Assembly (NCBI RefSeq): GCF_963921235.1
Contig: NC_086108.1
Location: 15,376,001-15,440,000, forward strand
Origin: Mobula hypostoma
Lineage: Eukaryota
DNA: 64,000 nt
Reading direction: 5' to 3'
A program made the translations under genes and the position numbers. The notes below the pieces were generated by a model, which was not told where the DNA came from, did not search any database, and worked only from the letters and a program-made list of their open reading frames with translations. Below, one piece after another: positions 1 to 13,471 of the stretch; position 1 is the first letter of the stretch; every line of letters starts with the position of its first letter.

Positions 1-848
1 GATTTATGGATCTCTGTGGGTGGAAGTTAGGAACAGGAAGGGGTCAATAACTGTACTGGATTTTTTTTTATAGACCTCTGAATAGCAACAGGGACATCGA
101 GGAGCAGATAGGAAGACAGATTCTGGAAAGGTGTAATAATAACAGGGTTGTCGTGGTGGGAGGTTTTAATTTCCCAAATATCGATTGGCATGTCCCTAGA
201 GTGAGGGGTTTAGATGGGGTGGAGTTCATTAGGTGTGTTCAAGAAGGTTTCTTGACACAATATGTAGATAAGCCTACAAGAGGAGAGGCTGTACTTGATC
301 TGGTATTGGGAAATGAACCTGGTCAGTGTCAGATCTCTCAGTGGGAGAGCATTTTGGAGATAGTGATCACAATTCTATCTCCTTTACCGTAGCATTGGTG
401 AGGGATAGGAACAGACAAGTTAAGAAAGTATTTAATTGGAGTAAGGGGAAATATGAGGTTATCAGGCAAGAACTTGGAAGCATAAATTGGGAACAGATGT
501 TCTCAGGGAAATGTCTGGAAGAAATGTGGCAAACGTTCAAGGGATATTTGCATGGAGTTCTGCATAGGTACGTTCCAGTGAGACAGGGAAGGGGTGGTAG
601 GGTACAGGAACTGTGGTGTACAAAGGCTGCTGAAAATCTAGTCAAGAAAAGAAGAGCTTACGAAAGTAACTAGGTAATGATAGAGATCTAGAAGATTATA
701 AGGCTAGCAGGAAGGAGCTTAAGAATGAAATTAGGAGAGCCAGAAGGGGCCATGAGAAGGCCTTGGCGGACAGGATTAAGGAAAACCCCAAGGCATTCTA
801 CAAGTATGTGAAGAGCAAGAGAATAAGATGTTAGAGAATAGGACCATC
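1..848 (+). mobile_element. CR1-clade LINE, ORF2 endonuclease end and linker (5' piece, interrupted by L1)
   Basis: GGFNFPNIDW, VLDLVLGNEPGQ and EHFGDSDHNSISF APE-endonuclease motifs; frameshifted; ends at ...RIGP and resumes at ~11683. Confidence 0.88.
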
Positions 849-3800
849 GAACTTTCTAGGAGGCGCTCATGGAGTGAGGTACACTTCAGCTTCGCTCCAT
901 TCCCTTTACTTTTTTTTTACCCGTAACCAACCTTATTCATATTGATTAAACCTACACTAAAGGGTTTATATACAGATATATTTTTTGAACTTTGATTTCA
1001 AGTTGTTGGAAATGACAACTCTCAGACGAAGGGATGTTAAAAACAGCAAAGATTCTGACGGCAAGGTAAGAAAAAATGGCGATCCTAAGCCATCTACAGA
1101 CATCCCATTAACTTTAGATACAATTTCGAACCTTTTAGATGAAAAATTCAACCGTCAAGATGAAAAAATTTCCTACAGATTTTCTGTGATTGAAGGAGTT
1201 TTAAAGACAGTTGAAGATAATCTTAGATCGTTTAGACGCAAATTTGAACAACAATAAGCAAGAATTTCAGAACTCGATGAAGCTGCTCGGCGAAGGGATT
1301 GGAAAATTGAATCCTTGGAGCAAAATTTATCTTTGACACCTCAAATGTTGGAACGTTATAAATCCAAGATTATCGATCTTGAAAATTGCTCCCGAAGACA
1401 GAATTTGCAGATAATCGGACTCCCCGAAGACGTTGAGAAGGGTGATCCTGTTAAATTCTTTTCTCAATTTTTAATGGACGCGTTTGGATCAGAAGTTTTG
1501 GATACCCCTCCATTAATAGACCGAGCTCACCGTATTCCTTTCGCCAAACCGATCGCAGGTTCTAAACCAAGAGTTGTTATTATTTGGTTCCATTATGTTC
1601 ACTTCAAAGATCGTCTGGTACGAGCTGCCCGAAGAATAGGAATGATCGAATTTCAAAGTTTCAAATTTAGTTTGGTTGAGGATTTTAGTTCTGAAGTTTT
1701 AAGGGAAAGGAATGGCTTTTAAACCATTGTCTTCTGAATTTTATCAGAAAGGTTTTAAACCAGCTCTCCTTTACCCAGCTTGTCTGAGAATTGTCCTCGC
1801 CTATAAGTCTCACCGTCTCTTTAAATCTCCGATTGAAGCTCAAAAATTTCTTGATGATCTGAATTTGTCTGCTAAGACCTAATTAATCTACTATTTCTTT
1901 TTTCATGTTTGTTCTTACTTGTTTTTGATTAATAACAGATTTACAGATTTGAATCTTTGATAGTTTGAGGACTATGTTCTTGGTTTGTAGTGTAGGTATT
2001 TTTCTTATACTTTTAGATTAAAGTTTTTTCTTTTCTTAATGGTTCTGCCTGTTTTTAAAAATTTATTTTCTATCCTTATTTTTACTTTTTCTGTTTTTGA
2101 AAGTAATTAAGTAGAAGATTCGGGGTTTAATTTTGTTTTCCTGTTGAAATGTTGGGGGAAGTATTTGTTTTTTTTTTGGTTCTTTACATCTCAAGATGGC
2201 AGCTTTTTTCCCCCTACATTGTTTTTTCACTCTCGTTGCGTCTTTTTTATTGTTTCTGTTTGAAAAGAATTAACAATATGAGTTGGCGCTTGGTTTTTAA
2301 AAAAATATTAATAAGATGATATTTTGTCTTATGCTTTCAGTAACTGCAGTTTTCATTTATTTAGGGTAATTTCTTTCGGATGGTTTTTTAAAAATATAAT
2401 AATATATATCTTTTGGGCTGCCTTCTAGAAAGATGCGGTTAAATTTAGTGTTAGGTTACCTTTTCGCCTTTGGCTTTTTTTCCAGGTCTTTGTGGGTGGG
2501 GGGGGTGGGGGTCTTTCTATCTTTAGATTAGTTTTTTCAATGGGGCTGACTTGCAACTACAAAACTGTCCGAAATGTCGTAACTTCTGGTTCCTCCTCAA
2601 ACCTCTTTTTCCTCTTCTGGATCCATGAGTTTGTACTCTGGTTAACCCTTTATATACCAAATGGTTAACTCTAGTTATATGCATAATATTATTAATTTTG
2701 TTTCATGGAATACAAGCGGTTTAAACCATCCGATTAAACAGAAATTTAAAAAAAATGTATTCCACAGAATGAATGCTCACATTATTTTTGCACAAGAAAC
2801 TCATGTGAGGAAAGAGGAAAATCAGTGTTTTTTTAGGTTTTGGAAGGGTCAACAATATCATTTGAACTCGAATGCCAGAAAGGTGTTTCCATTTTTAGAT
2901 CCTTCAGTTTTATTTATTCATTATGAAACTATTTCAGATCCGAATGGTAGATTTTTGTTAATTACTGGTTTACTTTTCAACAAAAAAGTTGCTATGGTGA
3001 ATGTTTATGCTCCAAATATTGATTATCCTGAATTCTTTAAGTATTTGTTTACATCTCTTCCTAATTTAAATGATTATATGTTGATAATGGGTGGAGATTT
3101 TAACTGTTGTTTAAATCCCTCGATGGATAGATCTGCCTCTAATCAGACACTTCCGAATAAATCTGCTACTCTTATCAATTCTTTTATGGTTGATACAGGA
3201 ATTTTGGAAATTTGGAGATTTTTACACCCCAAGGATAAAGATTCTTTTCTCATGTATATCATAATTATTCTAGAATTGATTACTTTATTGACTCTTGTTT
3301 AATTCCATCTGTTAATGACTGTAATTATGATTCCATCGCAATCTCCAAACATGCGCCTTTGAAACTATCTATCAAATTAACGGATACATCTTCCAGCATT
3401 AGACAATGGCTGTTTAATTCTACTCTTCTTCAAAACTTGAAATTTATTAATTTTATTAAGGATCAGATCGATTTCTTTTTTTCAACAAATGTTACAGAAG
3501 AAGTTTCTAGTGGGGTACCACGGGACTCTTTTAAAGCATATATATGTTGTCAAATTATTTCATACTCTACTGGACTGAAAAATTGAATTAATAATGAAAT
3601 ACATATGCTGGTTGATAAGATTAAAGAAATTGATAAGGAATACTCTATTGCTCCTAGTAAGGAGCTTTATAAAAAGAGAGTTGAACTTCAAATGAAGCAT
3701 AGTTTATTACTAACATCCTCGATCGAAAATCAATTAATTAAAATTAGGAGTCAGTTCTATATACATGGTGATAAATCTGGTAAATTACTGGCCAATCACT

Positions 3801-4253
3801 TGAAAACTGCTTTGGTCAAACGTCAGATTCTTAAGATTCGTAAAAGAGATGGTACCTTGACCGTTGACTATGATGAGATAAATAAATCCTTTCAAGAATT
3901 TTACACTTCACTATACCAATCAGAATTTCCTGATGATTCTACTATAATGCACGAATTTTTAAGGAAACTGAATTTCCCGAAATTCTCATTCAATGAACAT
4001 TTAGTATTAGAAGCTCCCATTACTGAAAATGAAATTAAAAATGCTATTTCTTCGATGAATTCAGGTAAAACACCTGGTCCGGATGGTTACACAGTAGAAT
4101 TTTTAAAATCCTTCTCTAATATTCTCTCACCTTGGCTATATAGAATTTTGGAGGATGCATTATCTAAAGGTAAATTACCACAATCCCTTTATGGCGCTAC
4201 TATTTCTTTAATTCTTAAAAAAGATAAAGATCCTACTGAATGTGCATCATATA

Positions 4254-6380
4254 CACATATACAGCTAAGATAGACTGGCAAATGACACTTAAAGGATTGA
4301 CGGTGGATATGCAATGGCAAGCATTTAAAGGTTGCATGGATGAACTACAACAATTGTTCGTCCAGTTTGGCAAAAGAATAAATCAAGGAAGGTAGTGCAC
4401 CCGTGGCTGACAAGAGAAATTAGGGATAGTATCAATTCCAAAGAAGAAGCATACAAATTAGCCAGAGAAAGTGGCTCACCTGAGGACTGGGAGAAATTCA
4501 GAGTTCAGCAGAGGAGGACAAAGGGCTTAATTAGGAAGGGGAAAAAAGATTATGAGAGAAAATTGGCAGGGAACATAAAAACTGACTGTAAAAGCTTTTA
4601 TAGATATGTAAAAAGGAAAAGACTGGTAAAGACAAATGTAGGTCCCCTACAGACAGAAACAGGTGAATTGATTATGGGGAGCAAGGACATGGCAGACCAA
4701 TTGAATAATTACTTTGGTTCTGTCTTCACTAAGGAGGACATAAATAATCTTCCAGAAATAGTAGGGGACAGAGGGTCCAGTGAGATGGAGGAACTGAGCG
4801 AAATACATGTTAGTAGGGAAGTGGTGTTAGGTAAATTGAAGGGATTGAAGGCAGATAAATCCCCAGGGCCAGATGGTCTGCATCCTAGAGTGCTTAAGGA
4901 AGTAGCCCAAGAAATAGTGGATGCATTAGTGATAATTTTTCAAAACTTGTTAGATTCTGGACTAGTTCCTGAGGATTGGAGGGTGGCTAATGTAACCCCA
5001 CTTTTTAAAAAAGGAGGGAGAGAGAAACCGGGGAATTATAGACCGGTTAGCCTAACGTAGGTGGTGGGGAAACTGCTGGAGTCAGTTATCAAAGATGTGG
5101 TAACAGCACATTTGGAAAGCGGTGAAAGATAGAATTTTTTGAGGATGTAACTAGTAGAGTGGATAGGGGAGGACCAGTGGATGTGGAATATTTGGATTTT
5201 CAAAAGGCTTTTGACGAGGTCCCACACAGGAGATTAGTGTGCAATCTTAAAGCACACGGTATTGGGGGTAAAGTATTGATGTGGATGGAGAATTGGTTAG
5301 CTGACAGGAAGCAAAGAGTGGGAATAAACGGGACCTTTTCAGAATGGCAGGCGGTGACTAGTGGGGTACCGCAAGGCTCAGTGCTGGGACCCCAGTTGTT
5401 TACAATATATATTAATGACTTGGATGAGGGAATTAAATGCAGCATCTCCAAGTTTGTGGATGACACGAAGCTGGGTGGCAGTGTTAGCTGTGAGGAGGAT
5501 GCTAAGAGGATGCAGAGTGACTTGGATAGGTTGGGTGAGTGGGCAAATTCATGGCAGATGCAATTTAATGTGGATAAATGTGAAGTTATCCACTTTGGTG
5601 GCAAAAATAGGAAAACAGATTATTATCTGAATGGTGGCCGATTAGGAAAAGGGGAGGTGCAACGAGACCTGGGTGTCATTATACACCAGTCATTGAAAGT
5701 GGGCATGCAGGTACAGCAGGCGGTGAAAAAGGCGAATGGTATGCTGGCATTTATAGCGAGAGGATTCGAGTACAGGAGCAGGGAGGTACTACTGCAGTTG
5801 TACAAGGCCTTGGTGAGACCACACCTGGAGTATTGTGTGCAGTTTTGGTCCCCTAATCTGAGGAAAGACATTCTTGCCATAGAGGGAGTACAAAGAAGGT
5901 TCACCAGATTGATTCCTGGGATGGCAGGACTTTCATATGAAGAAAGACTGGATGAACTGGGCTTGTACTCGTTGGAATTTAGAAGATTGAGGGGGGATCT
6001 GATTGAAACGTATAAAATCCTAAAGGGATTGGACAGGCTAGATGCAGGAAGATTGTTCCCGATGTTGGGGAAGTCCAGAACAAGGGGCCACAGTTTGAGG
6101 ATAAAGGGGAAGCCTTTTAGGACTGAGATTAGGAAAAACTTCTTCACACAGAGAGTGGTGAATCTGTGGAATTCTCTGCCACAGGAAACAGTTGAGGCCA
6201 GTTCATTGGCTATATTTAAGAGGGAGTTAGATATGGCCCTTGTGGCTACGGGGATCAGGGGGTATGGAGGGAAGGCTGGGGTGGGGTTCTGAGTTGGATG
6301 ATCAGCCATGATCATAATAAATGGCGGTGCAGGCTCGAAGGGCCGAATGGCCTACTCCTGCACCTATTTTCTATGTTTCT
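4254..6380 (+). mobile_element. 5'-truncated CR1 LINE inserted in L1 ORF2
   Basis: KSPGPDGLHP, YLDFQKAFD, GVPQGSVLGP, KFVDDTK, LVRPHLEYCVQFW; 3' tail ctattttctatgtttct; ATATA on both sides (4249-4253, 6381-6385) restores L1 ...ASYKPIS. Confidence 0.93.
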
Positions 6381-6791
6381 ATATAAGCCTATATCCCTGT
6401 TGAATGTGGATTCCAAGATTTTTTCTAAAGTATTAGCAACTAGATTGGAGAAGGTATTGCCTCAAATTATTTCTGTTGATCAGACTGGATTCATTAAAAA
6501 TCGTTATTCATTTTTTAATATTAGGAGGTTAATGAATATTGCTTATACCCCTTCATCTAGAATTCCAGAATGTGTCATTTCACTAGATGCTGAGAAAGCA
6601 TTTGACAGAGTTGAATGGACATATTTATTTACTATGCTTGAGAAATTTAACTTAAGACCGATATTTATATCTTTATATATTTATATTTTATATTTATATA
6701 TTTAATATATCTTACCCCTTCGGCGTCGGTATTTACCAATAGTCAAAGATCTCCCTTTTTTCAGTTGTTTCATGGCACCAGGCAAGGTTGT

Positions 6792-9539
6792 AGAAACATA
6801 GAAAATAGGTGCAGGAGTAGGGCATTCGGCCCTTCGAACCTGCATCGCCATTCAGTATGATCATGGCTGATCATTCAACTCAGAACCCTGTACCTGCCTT
6901 CTCTCCATACCCCCGATCCCTTTAGCCACAAGGGCCGTATCTAACTCCCTCTTAAATATAGCCAATGAACTGGCCTCAACTGTTTCCTGTGGCAGATAAT
7001 TCCACAGATTCACCACTCTCTGTGTGAAGAAGTTTTTCCTGAAGTTTTTCCTCATCTTGGTCCTAAGAGGCTTCCCCTTTATCCTCAAACTGTGACCCCT
7101 CGTTCTGGACTTCCCCAACATCGGGAACAATCTTCCTACATCTAGCCTGTCCAATCTCTTTAGTATTCTATACGTTTCAATAAGATCCTGCCTCAATCTT
7201 CTAAATTCAAGAGAGTATAAGCCAAGTCGATCCAGTCTTTCATCATATGAAAGTCCTGCCATCCCAGGAATCAATCTGGTAAACCTTCTTTGTACTCTCT
7301 CTATGGCAAGAATGTCTTTCCTCAGATTAGGGGACCAAAACTGCACACAATACTCCAGGTGTGGTCTCACCAAGGCCTTGTACAACTGCAGTAGTACCTC
7401 CCTGCTCCTGTACTCAAATCCTCTTGCTACGAATGCCAGCATACCGTTCGCCTTTTTCACCGCCTGCTGTAACTGCATGCCCACTTTCAATGACTGGTGT
7501 ACAATGACACCCAAGTCTCGTTGCACCTCCGCTTTTCCTACTTGGCCACCATTCAGATAATAATCTGTTTTCCTGTTCTTGCCTCCAAAGTGGATAACCT
7601 CACATGTATCCACATTAAATTAGTCATAGTCATACTTTATTGATCCCAGGGGGAAATTGGTTTTCGTTACAGTTGCACCATAAATAATATATAGTCATAG
7701 AACCATAAATAGTTAAATAGTAATATGTAAATTATACCAGTAAATTATGAAATAAATCCAGGACCAGCCTATTAGCACAGGGTGTCTGACCCTCCAAGGG
7801 AGGAGTTGTAAAGTTTGATGGCCACAGGCAGGAATGACATTCTATGACGCTCTGTGCTGCATCTCGGTGGAATGAGTCTCTGGCTGAATGTACTCCTGTG
7901 CCCACCCAGTACATTATGTAGTGGATGGGAGACATTGGCCAGGATGGCATGCAACTTAGACAGCATCCTCTTTTCAGACACCACCGTGAGAAAGTCCAGT
8001 TCCATCCCCACAACATCCCTGGCCTTACGAATAAGTTTGTTGATTCTGTTGGTGTCTGCTACCCTCAGCCTGCTGCCCCAGCACACAACAGCAAACATGA
8101 TAGCACTGGCCACCACAGACTCGTAGAACATCCTCAGCTTCGTCCGGCAGATGTTAAAGGACCTCAGTCTCCTCAGGAAGTAGAGACAGCTCTGACCCTT
8201 CTTGTAGACAGCCTCAGTGTTCTTTGGCCAGTGCAGTTTATTGTCAATTCATATCCCCAGGTATTTGTAATCCTCCACCATGTCCACACTGACCCCCTGG
8301 ATGGAAACAGGGGTCACCGGTACCTTAGCTCTCCTCAGGTCTACCACCAGCTTCTTAGCCTTTTTCATATTAAGCTGCGAATAATTCTGCTCACACCGTG
8401 TGACAAAGTTTCCTACAGTAGCCCTGTACTCAACCTCATCTCCCTTGCTGATGCATCCAACTGTGGCAGAGTCATCCGAAAACTTCTGAAGATGACAAGA
8501 CTCTGTGCAGTAGTTGCATCTGCCATGAATTTGCCCACTCACCTAACCTATCCAAGTCACCCTGCATCCTCTTAGCATCCTCCTCACAGCTAACACTGCT
8601 GCCCAGCTTCCTGTCATCCGCAAGCTTGGAGATGCTGCATTTAATTCCCTCCTCTAAGTCATTAATATAAATTGTAAACAACTGGGGTCCTAGCACTGAG
8701 CCTTCTGGTACCCCACTAGTCACTGCCTGCCATTCTGAAAAGGTCCCGTTTATTCCCACTCTTTGCTTCCTGTCTGCCAACCAATTCTCTATCCACATCA
8801 ATACCATACTCCCAATACCGTGTGCTTTAAGTTTACACACTAATCTCCTGTGTGGGACCTTGTCAAAAAGCCTTTTGAAAATCCAAATATACCACATCCA
8901 CTGGTTCTCCCCATCCACTCTACTAGTTACATCCTCAAAAAAATTCTTTGAGATTCGTCAGACATGATTTTCCTTTCACAAATCCATGCTGACTTTGTCC
9001 GATGATTTCACCGCTTTCCAAATGTGCTGTTATCACATCTTTGATAACTGACTCTAGCATTTTCCCCACCACTGATGTCAGGTTTAATTCCCCGGTTTTT
9101 CTCTCCCTCCTTTTTTAAAAAGCGGTAGTTACATTAGCCACCCTCCAATCCTCAGGAACTAGGCCAGAATCTAAAGAGTTTTGAAAAATTATCACTAATG
9201 CATCCGCTATTTCTTGGGCTACTTCCTTAAGCACTCTGGGATGCAGACCATCTGGCCCTGAGGATTTATCTGCCTTTAATCCCTTCAATTTACCTAACAC
9301 CACTTCCCTACTAACATGTGTTTCCCTCAGTTCCTCCATCTCACTAGACCCTCGGTCCCCTACTATTTCCGGAAGATTATTTATGTCCTCCTTAGTGAAG
9401 ACGGAACCAAAGTAGTTATTCAATTGGTCTGCCATGTCCTTGTTCCCCATGATCAATTCACCTGTTTCTTACTGTAAGGGACCTACATTTGTCTTAACCA
9501 ATCTTTTTCTTTTCACATATCTATAAAAGCTTTTACAAA
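6792..9539 (-). mobile_element. 5'-truncated CR1 LINE (same subfamily as 4254-6380), antisense in L1 ORF2 and itself interrupted
   Basis: Minus-strand ORFs 6861-7613, 8472-8918 and 9115-9456 are near-identical to the + copy; splits the L1 motif GTRQGC|PVSPLLF. Confidence 0.92.
7622..8513 (-). mobile_element. 5'-truncated Rex1/Babar-type LINE nested in CR1
   Basis: HLQKFSDDSATVGCI, LVVDLRR, YKYLG, FYESVVASAI; 3' end AATAAAG(TATGAC)n; splits the CR1 at cacattaaat|tgcatctgcc. Confidence 0.85.
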
Positions 9540-11682
9540 GTCCAGTTAGTCCATTGTTATTTGATATTGCTTTGGAACCTTTGGCCATTGCTATTCGTGA
9601 ATCAACTAATATATTTGGTATCACTCCGGGGAATGAAATACATAAGTTATCACTATATGCTGATGATTTATTACTATATACCTCTATCCCCGAAAAATCT
9701 ATTCCAGCAGTAATATCCTTGCTTGATCCGTTTAGTAATTTTTCTGGCTACAAATTGAACCTTGATAAGAATGAACTCTTCCCTTTAAATATGCATATTT
9801 ATAGATGTTCACCATTCAGAATGGTTACTCATTATTTTACTTATCTGGGTGTTAAAATTACTAAGAAACATAAGGATTTATTTAAGAATAATTTTTTACC
9901 TTTAATTGATCAGGTTAAAGAATTGTTTATTAAATAGTCCCCATTGTTTCTATCAATGCTTGGTCGAATTAATGCTATTAAGATGATTGTCCTACCTAAA
10001 TTTTTATACTTGTTTCAAGCATTACCAATTTTCATTTCTAAATCCTTTTTTGATACTTTAGATTCTAAAATTTCTTCATATATATGGCAAAATAAAAATC
10101 CTAGATTAAGTAAAAAATGTTTACACTAGTCTAAAAAGGATGGTGATTTAGCATTGCTGAATTTTAGATTTTACTATTGGACAATTAATATTCGATATTT
10201 AATATTTTGGACACAAGATCTGGATATAATTTTAATCCCACAATGGGTAAACCTGGAATGTAAATCCGTGCAAGGGTTTTCTCTGACTTCCATTTGTTCT
10301 TTCTAAATTAAATAAACAAATGGTTAATCCAATAATTAAACATACACTACGAATATGGTTTCAATTTCGTAAATTTTTTGGTTTGAACCAACTTATTTTA
10401 TCAAGCCCTATTATGTCTAACTTTTTCTTTCAACCATCTGTTATAGATCAAGCTTTTTTAGTATGGAAAATGCAGGGTATATTAAGCTTTCGTGATTTAT
10501 TTTTGGATAGCTGTTTTATGTCTTTTGAACAGTTATCTAATAAATATAATTTGCCTAGATCTCATTTTTTCAGATATTTACAAATTAGAAACTTTTTAAA
10601 TACTAAGCTACCTACATTTCCAACTTCATATCCATTTGATATCACGGAAAAATTTTTAGGTTTAAATCCTTATCAGAAGGGTTTAATAGCAATCATTTAT
10701 GATTTGAATATGAAAATAAATTCAGGTATATCTGATAAAATTAAGACTGAATGGGAAAGGGAACTTCAACTTCATTTATCTACAGAAAAATGGGAAAAAA
10801 ATTTCAATTAGTTAACCTGTCCTCTTTATGTGCTAAACATACATTGATACAATTTAAAGTGGTATATAGGACTCGTATGTCTAAAGATAAATTAGCTCGT
10901 TTTTATTCTCATATAAGCCCTATTTATGATAGATATCATTCTGAAGTTGTTTCTTTGACTCATATGTCCTGGTCTTGCCCTTTTTTTGGATAAATATTGG
11001 AAAGATATCTTTGATATTATTTCTACAGTTTTGTGTATTGATTTACAACCTCACCCCATTACTGCAATTTTTGGGTTGCCAATGCTGGAAGATAGTTACT
11101 TATCCCCTTCAGCCTGCTGGATGATTGCATTCCTTACGTTAATGGCTAGAAGATCTATCTTATTGAATTGGAAAGAGGTCAATCCTCCTACTGCATTTCA
11201 ATGGTTTTCTCAAACTATATCTTGCTTAAATTTCGAGAAAATCAGAAGTGGCACCTCTGATTCTTCGGCTAAATTTGAAGAAACTTGGCGACTATTTATT
11301 CAGCATTTTCAAATGATGTAGTTTGACCTTTTTCAAAACTTTTTTTAACTAAAAATATACAGATAGAGGAGTGGAGTTAACGACTTTAATGATTGTATCC
11401 AATGTAATATGTTAGCCCGACTTTGTTTTAGTTTTGTTTAGTTTAGTCTAGTTTTGCTTAGCTTAATTTATTGTGTTTTTTTTCTTTTCTAGTTTGGGTT
11501 TTTTTCCCCAGTTTTTTTTTTCCATTTATCTTTTACCATATTCAATTATATTTAGAGTTGGGGAGATCTAACATACGTGTACTGTCAGCAATTTTATATT
11601 TGCAAATGTTAGCTATCAATAATGTAATCCCATTCTCTGTTTACCAATATTATTGTTATGTTTAAAATTTTGAAAATTAATA

Positions 11683-12628
11683 AATGTGACAGTGGAAAAG
11701 TGTGTATGGAACTGGAGGAGATAGCAGAGATACTTAATGAGTACTTTGTTTCAGTATTCACTATGGAAAAAGATCTTGGCCATTGTAGGGATGACTTACA
11801 GTGGACTGAAAAGCTTGGGCATGTAGATATTAAGAAAGAGGATGTGCTGGAGCTTTTTGAAAGCATCAAGTTGGATAAGTCACCGGGACCGAACGAGATG
11901 TAGGTCAAATATGACTGAATATAGCATTAATGGTAAGGCTCTTGGTAGTGTGGAGGATCAGAGGGATCTTGGGGTCTGAGTCCATAGGACGCTCAAAGCT
12001 GCTGCATAGGTTGACTCTGAGGTTAAGAAAGCATACGGTGCATTGGCCTTCATCAATTGTGGGATTGAGATTAGGAGCCGAGAGGTAACGTTGCAGCTAT
12101 ATAGAGCCCTGGTCAAACCCCACTTGGAGTACTGTGCTCTGTTCTGGTTGCCTCACTGTAGGAAGGATGTGGAAACCATAGAAAGGGTGCAGAGGAGATT
12201 TACGAGGATATTGGGGAGTATGCCTTATGAGAATAGGTTGAGTGAACTCGGCCTTTTTTCCTTGGAGCGACAGAGGATGAGAGGTGACCTGCTAGAGGTG
12301 TGTAAGATGATAAGAGGCATTAATCGTGTGGATAGTCAGAGGCCTTTTTCCAGGGCTGAAATGGCTAACATGAGAGGGGACAGTTTTAAGGTGCTTGGAA
12401 GTTAGTACAGAGGAGATGTCGGGGTAAGTTTTTTACGTGGAGAGTGGTGAGTGCATGGAATGGGCTGCCGGCGGTGGTGACACGAGGGGGTCTTTTAAGA
12501 GACTGCTGGACAGGTACATGGAGCTCAGAAAAATAGAGGGCTATGGGTAACCCTAAGTAACTTCTAAGGTAAGAATATGTTCGGCACAGTTTTGTGGGCC
12601 GAAATGCTGTAGGTTTTCTATGTTTCTA
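11683..12628 (+). mobile_element. CR1 LINE 3' piece (continuation of 1-848; internal deletion at ~11901)
   Basis: KCDSGKVCMELEEIAEILNEYFVSVFT, KSPGP, then LVKPHLEYC and tail ggttttctatgtttcta. Confidence 0.87.
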
Positions 12629-13280
12629 ATAAGCAGGTGTACCTGATAAAGTAGCCACTGAGTGTAGGTTCCATTCTTCCATACTTTTGTATGGTGCAGA
12701 GAAGGCAGTATAGCTATTACACCTGTGCCAGGCCTTTGATAGTTAACCCCTTGTTTTCCCTTTGCCCACTTAGTCCTTTTCAATTGCATTCTCATTCAAG
12801 CCATTCACAGAGTCTTCCTTGGGCAGGGCATTGCAAGCTGTCTTTCAGAGCCATTATGATAAGGATACTTTTATGGTGTAGTAAGGTGAGGAATACAGAA
12901 TTCTGAGCAGGATTAAAGTACATCCCTTTATGTCCAAGTTGAATGATATGTGAATTGGAAGAGGTTTTGAACATCACTGTGTTCCCTGAGATTGTTGGAA
13001 CTGTACATGCACAGGACAAGGTACTTCAGCGCACAATGTCTTTCTCAATCCCGATGCCAAATTAAACTAATCCCTTCTGCCTGCACATGATCTGTTTTTT
13101 TCCCTCCATTTTCTGTGTATTCATGTGGCTACCTACAAGTGTCTTGCGTTCCACTGTTCAACTGTTTGAACTACCACCCCTGCCAGCATGTTTCAGGCAT
13201 CTATGACTCTGTTTCAAGAAAAGCTGCTTGCCCTATGCATTGCCTTTAAACCTTCCTCCTCTCACCTCAAAGCTAGTCCC

Positions 13281-13471
13281 AATCACAGAGAAAATCTGCA
13301 GATGCTGAGGATCCAAGCAACAGACACAAAATGCTGGAGGATCTCAGCAGGCCAGGCAGCATCTATGGAAAAAGAGTACAGTCGACTTTTCGGGCCAAGA
13401 AGCGTCGAATGTACTTTTTTCCATAGATGCTGCTTGACCTGATGAGTTCCTCCAGCATTTTGTCTGTTCTT
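13281..13471. mobile_element. Miniature palindromic Penelope-like-derived insertion
   Basis: Inverted arms (caaaatgctggagg...catctatggaaaa / ttttccatagatg...cctccagcattttg); 12-bp TSD aaagctagtccc at 13269-13280 and 13472-13483. Confidence 0.8.

Larger units (their letters stand above)
849..11682 (+). mobile_element. Near full-length decayed L1-clade LINE (ORF1 ~1012-1882; ORF2 ~2661-11321), interrupted by two CR1 insertions
   Basis: ORF1 LENCSRRQNLQIIGLPE...IDRAHR; ORF2 VSWNT/AQETH/NVYAPN/GGDFN (APE), GKTPGPDG, YKPISLLNVD, SLDAEKAFDRVEW, GTRQGCP, LYADD, YLGV; T-rich inter-ORF region; ends in aattaataaa; multiple stops and frameshifts. Confidence 0.9.

Noticed and set aside
5159..6292. 377-aa open RT ORF as a possible active or domesticated gene
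   Set aside because: It is part of a 5'-truncated CR1 with a deletion and frameshift at ~5128 and no endonuclease; just a young copy
5623..6315. 230-aa antisense ORF and similar antisense ORFs over CR1 copies
   Set aside because: Shadow frames of the CR1 RT that recur in each copy; no independent evidence of coding
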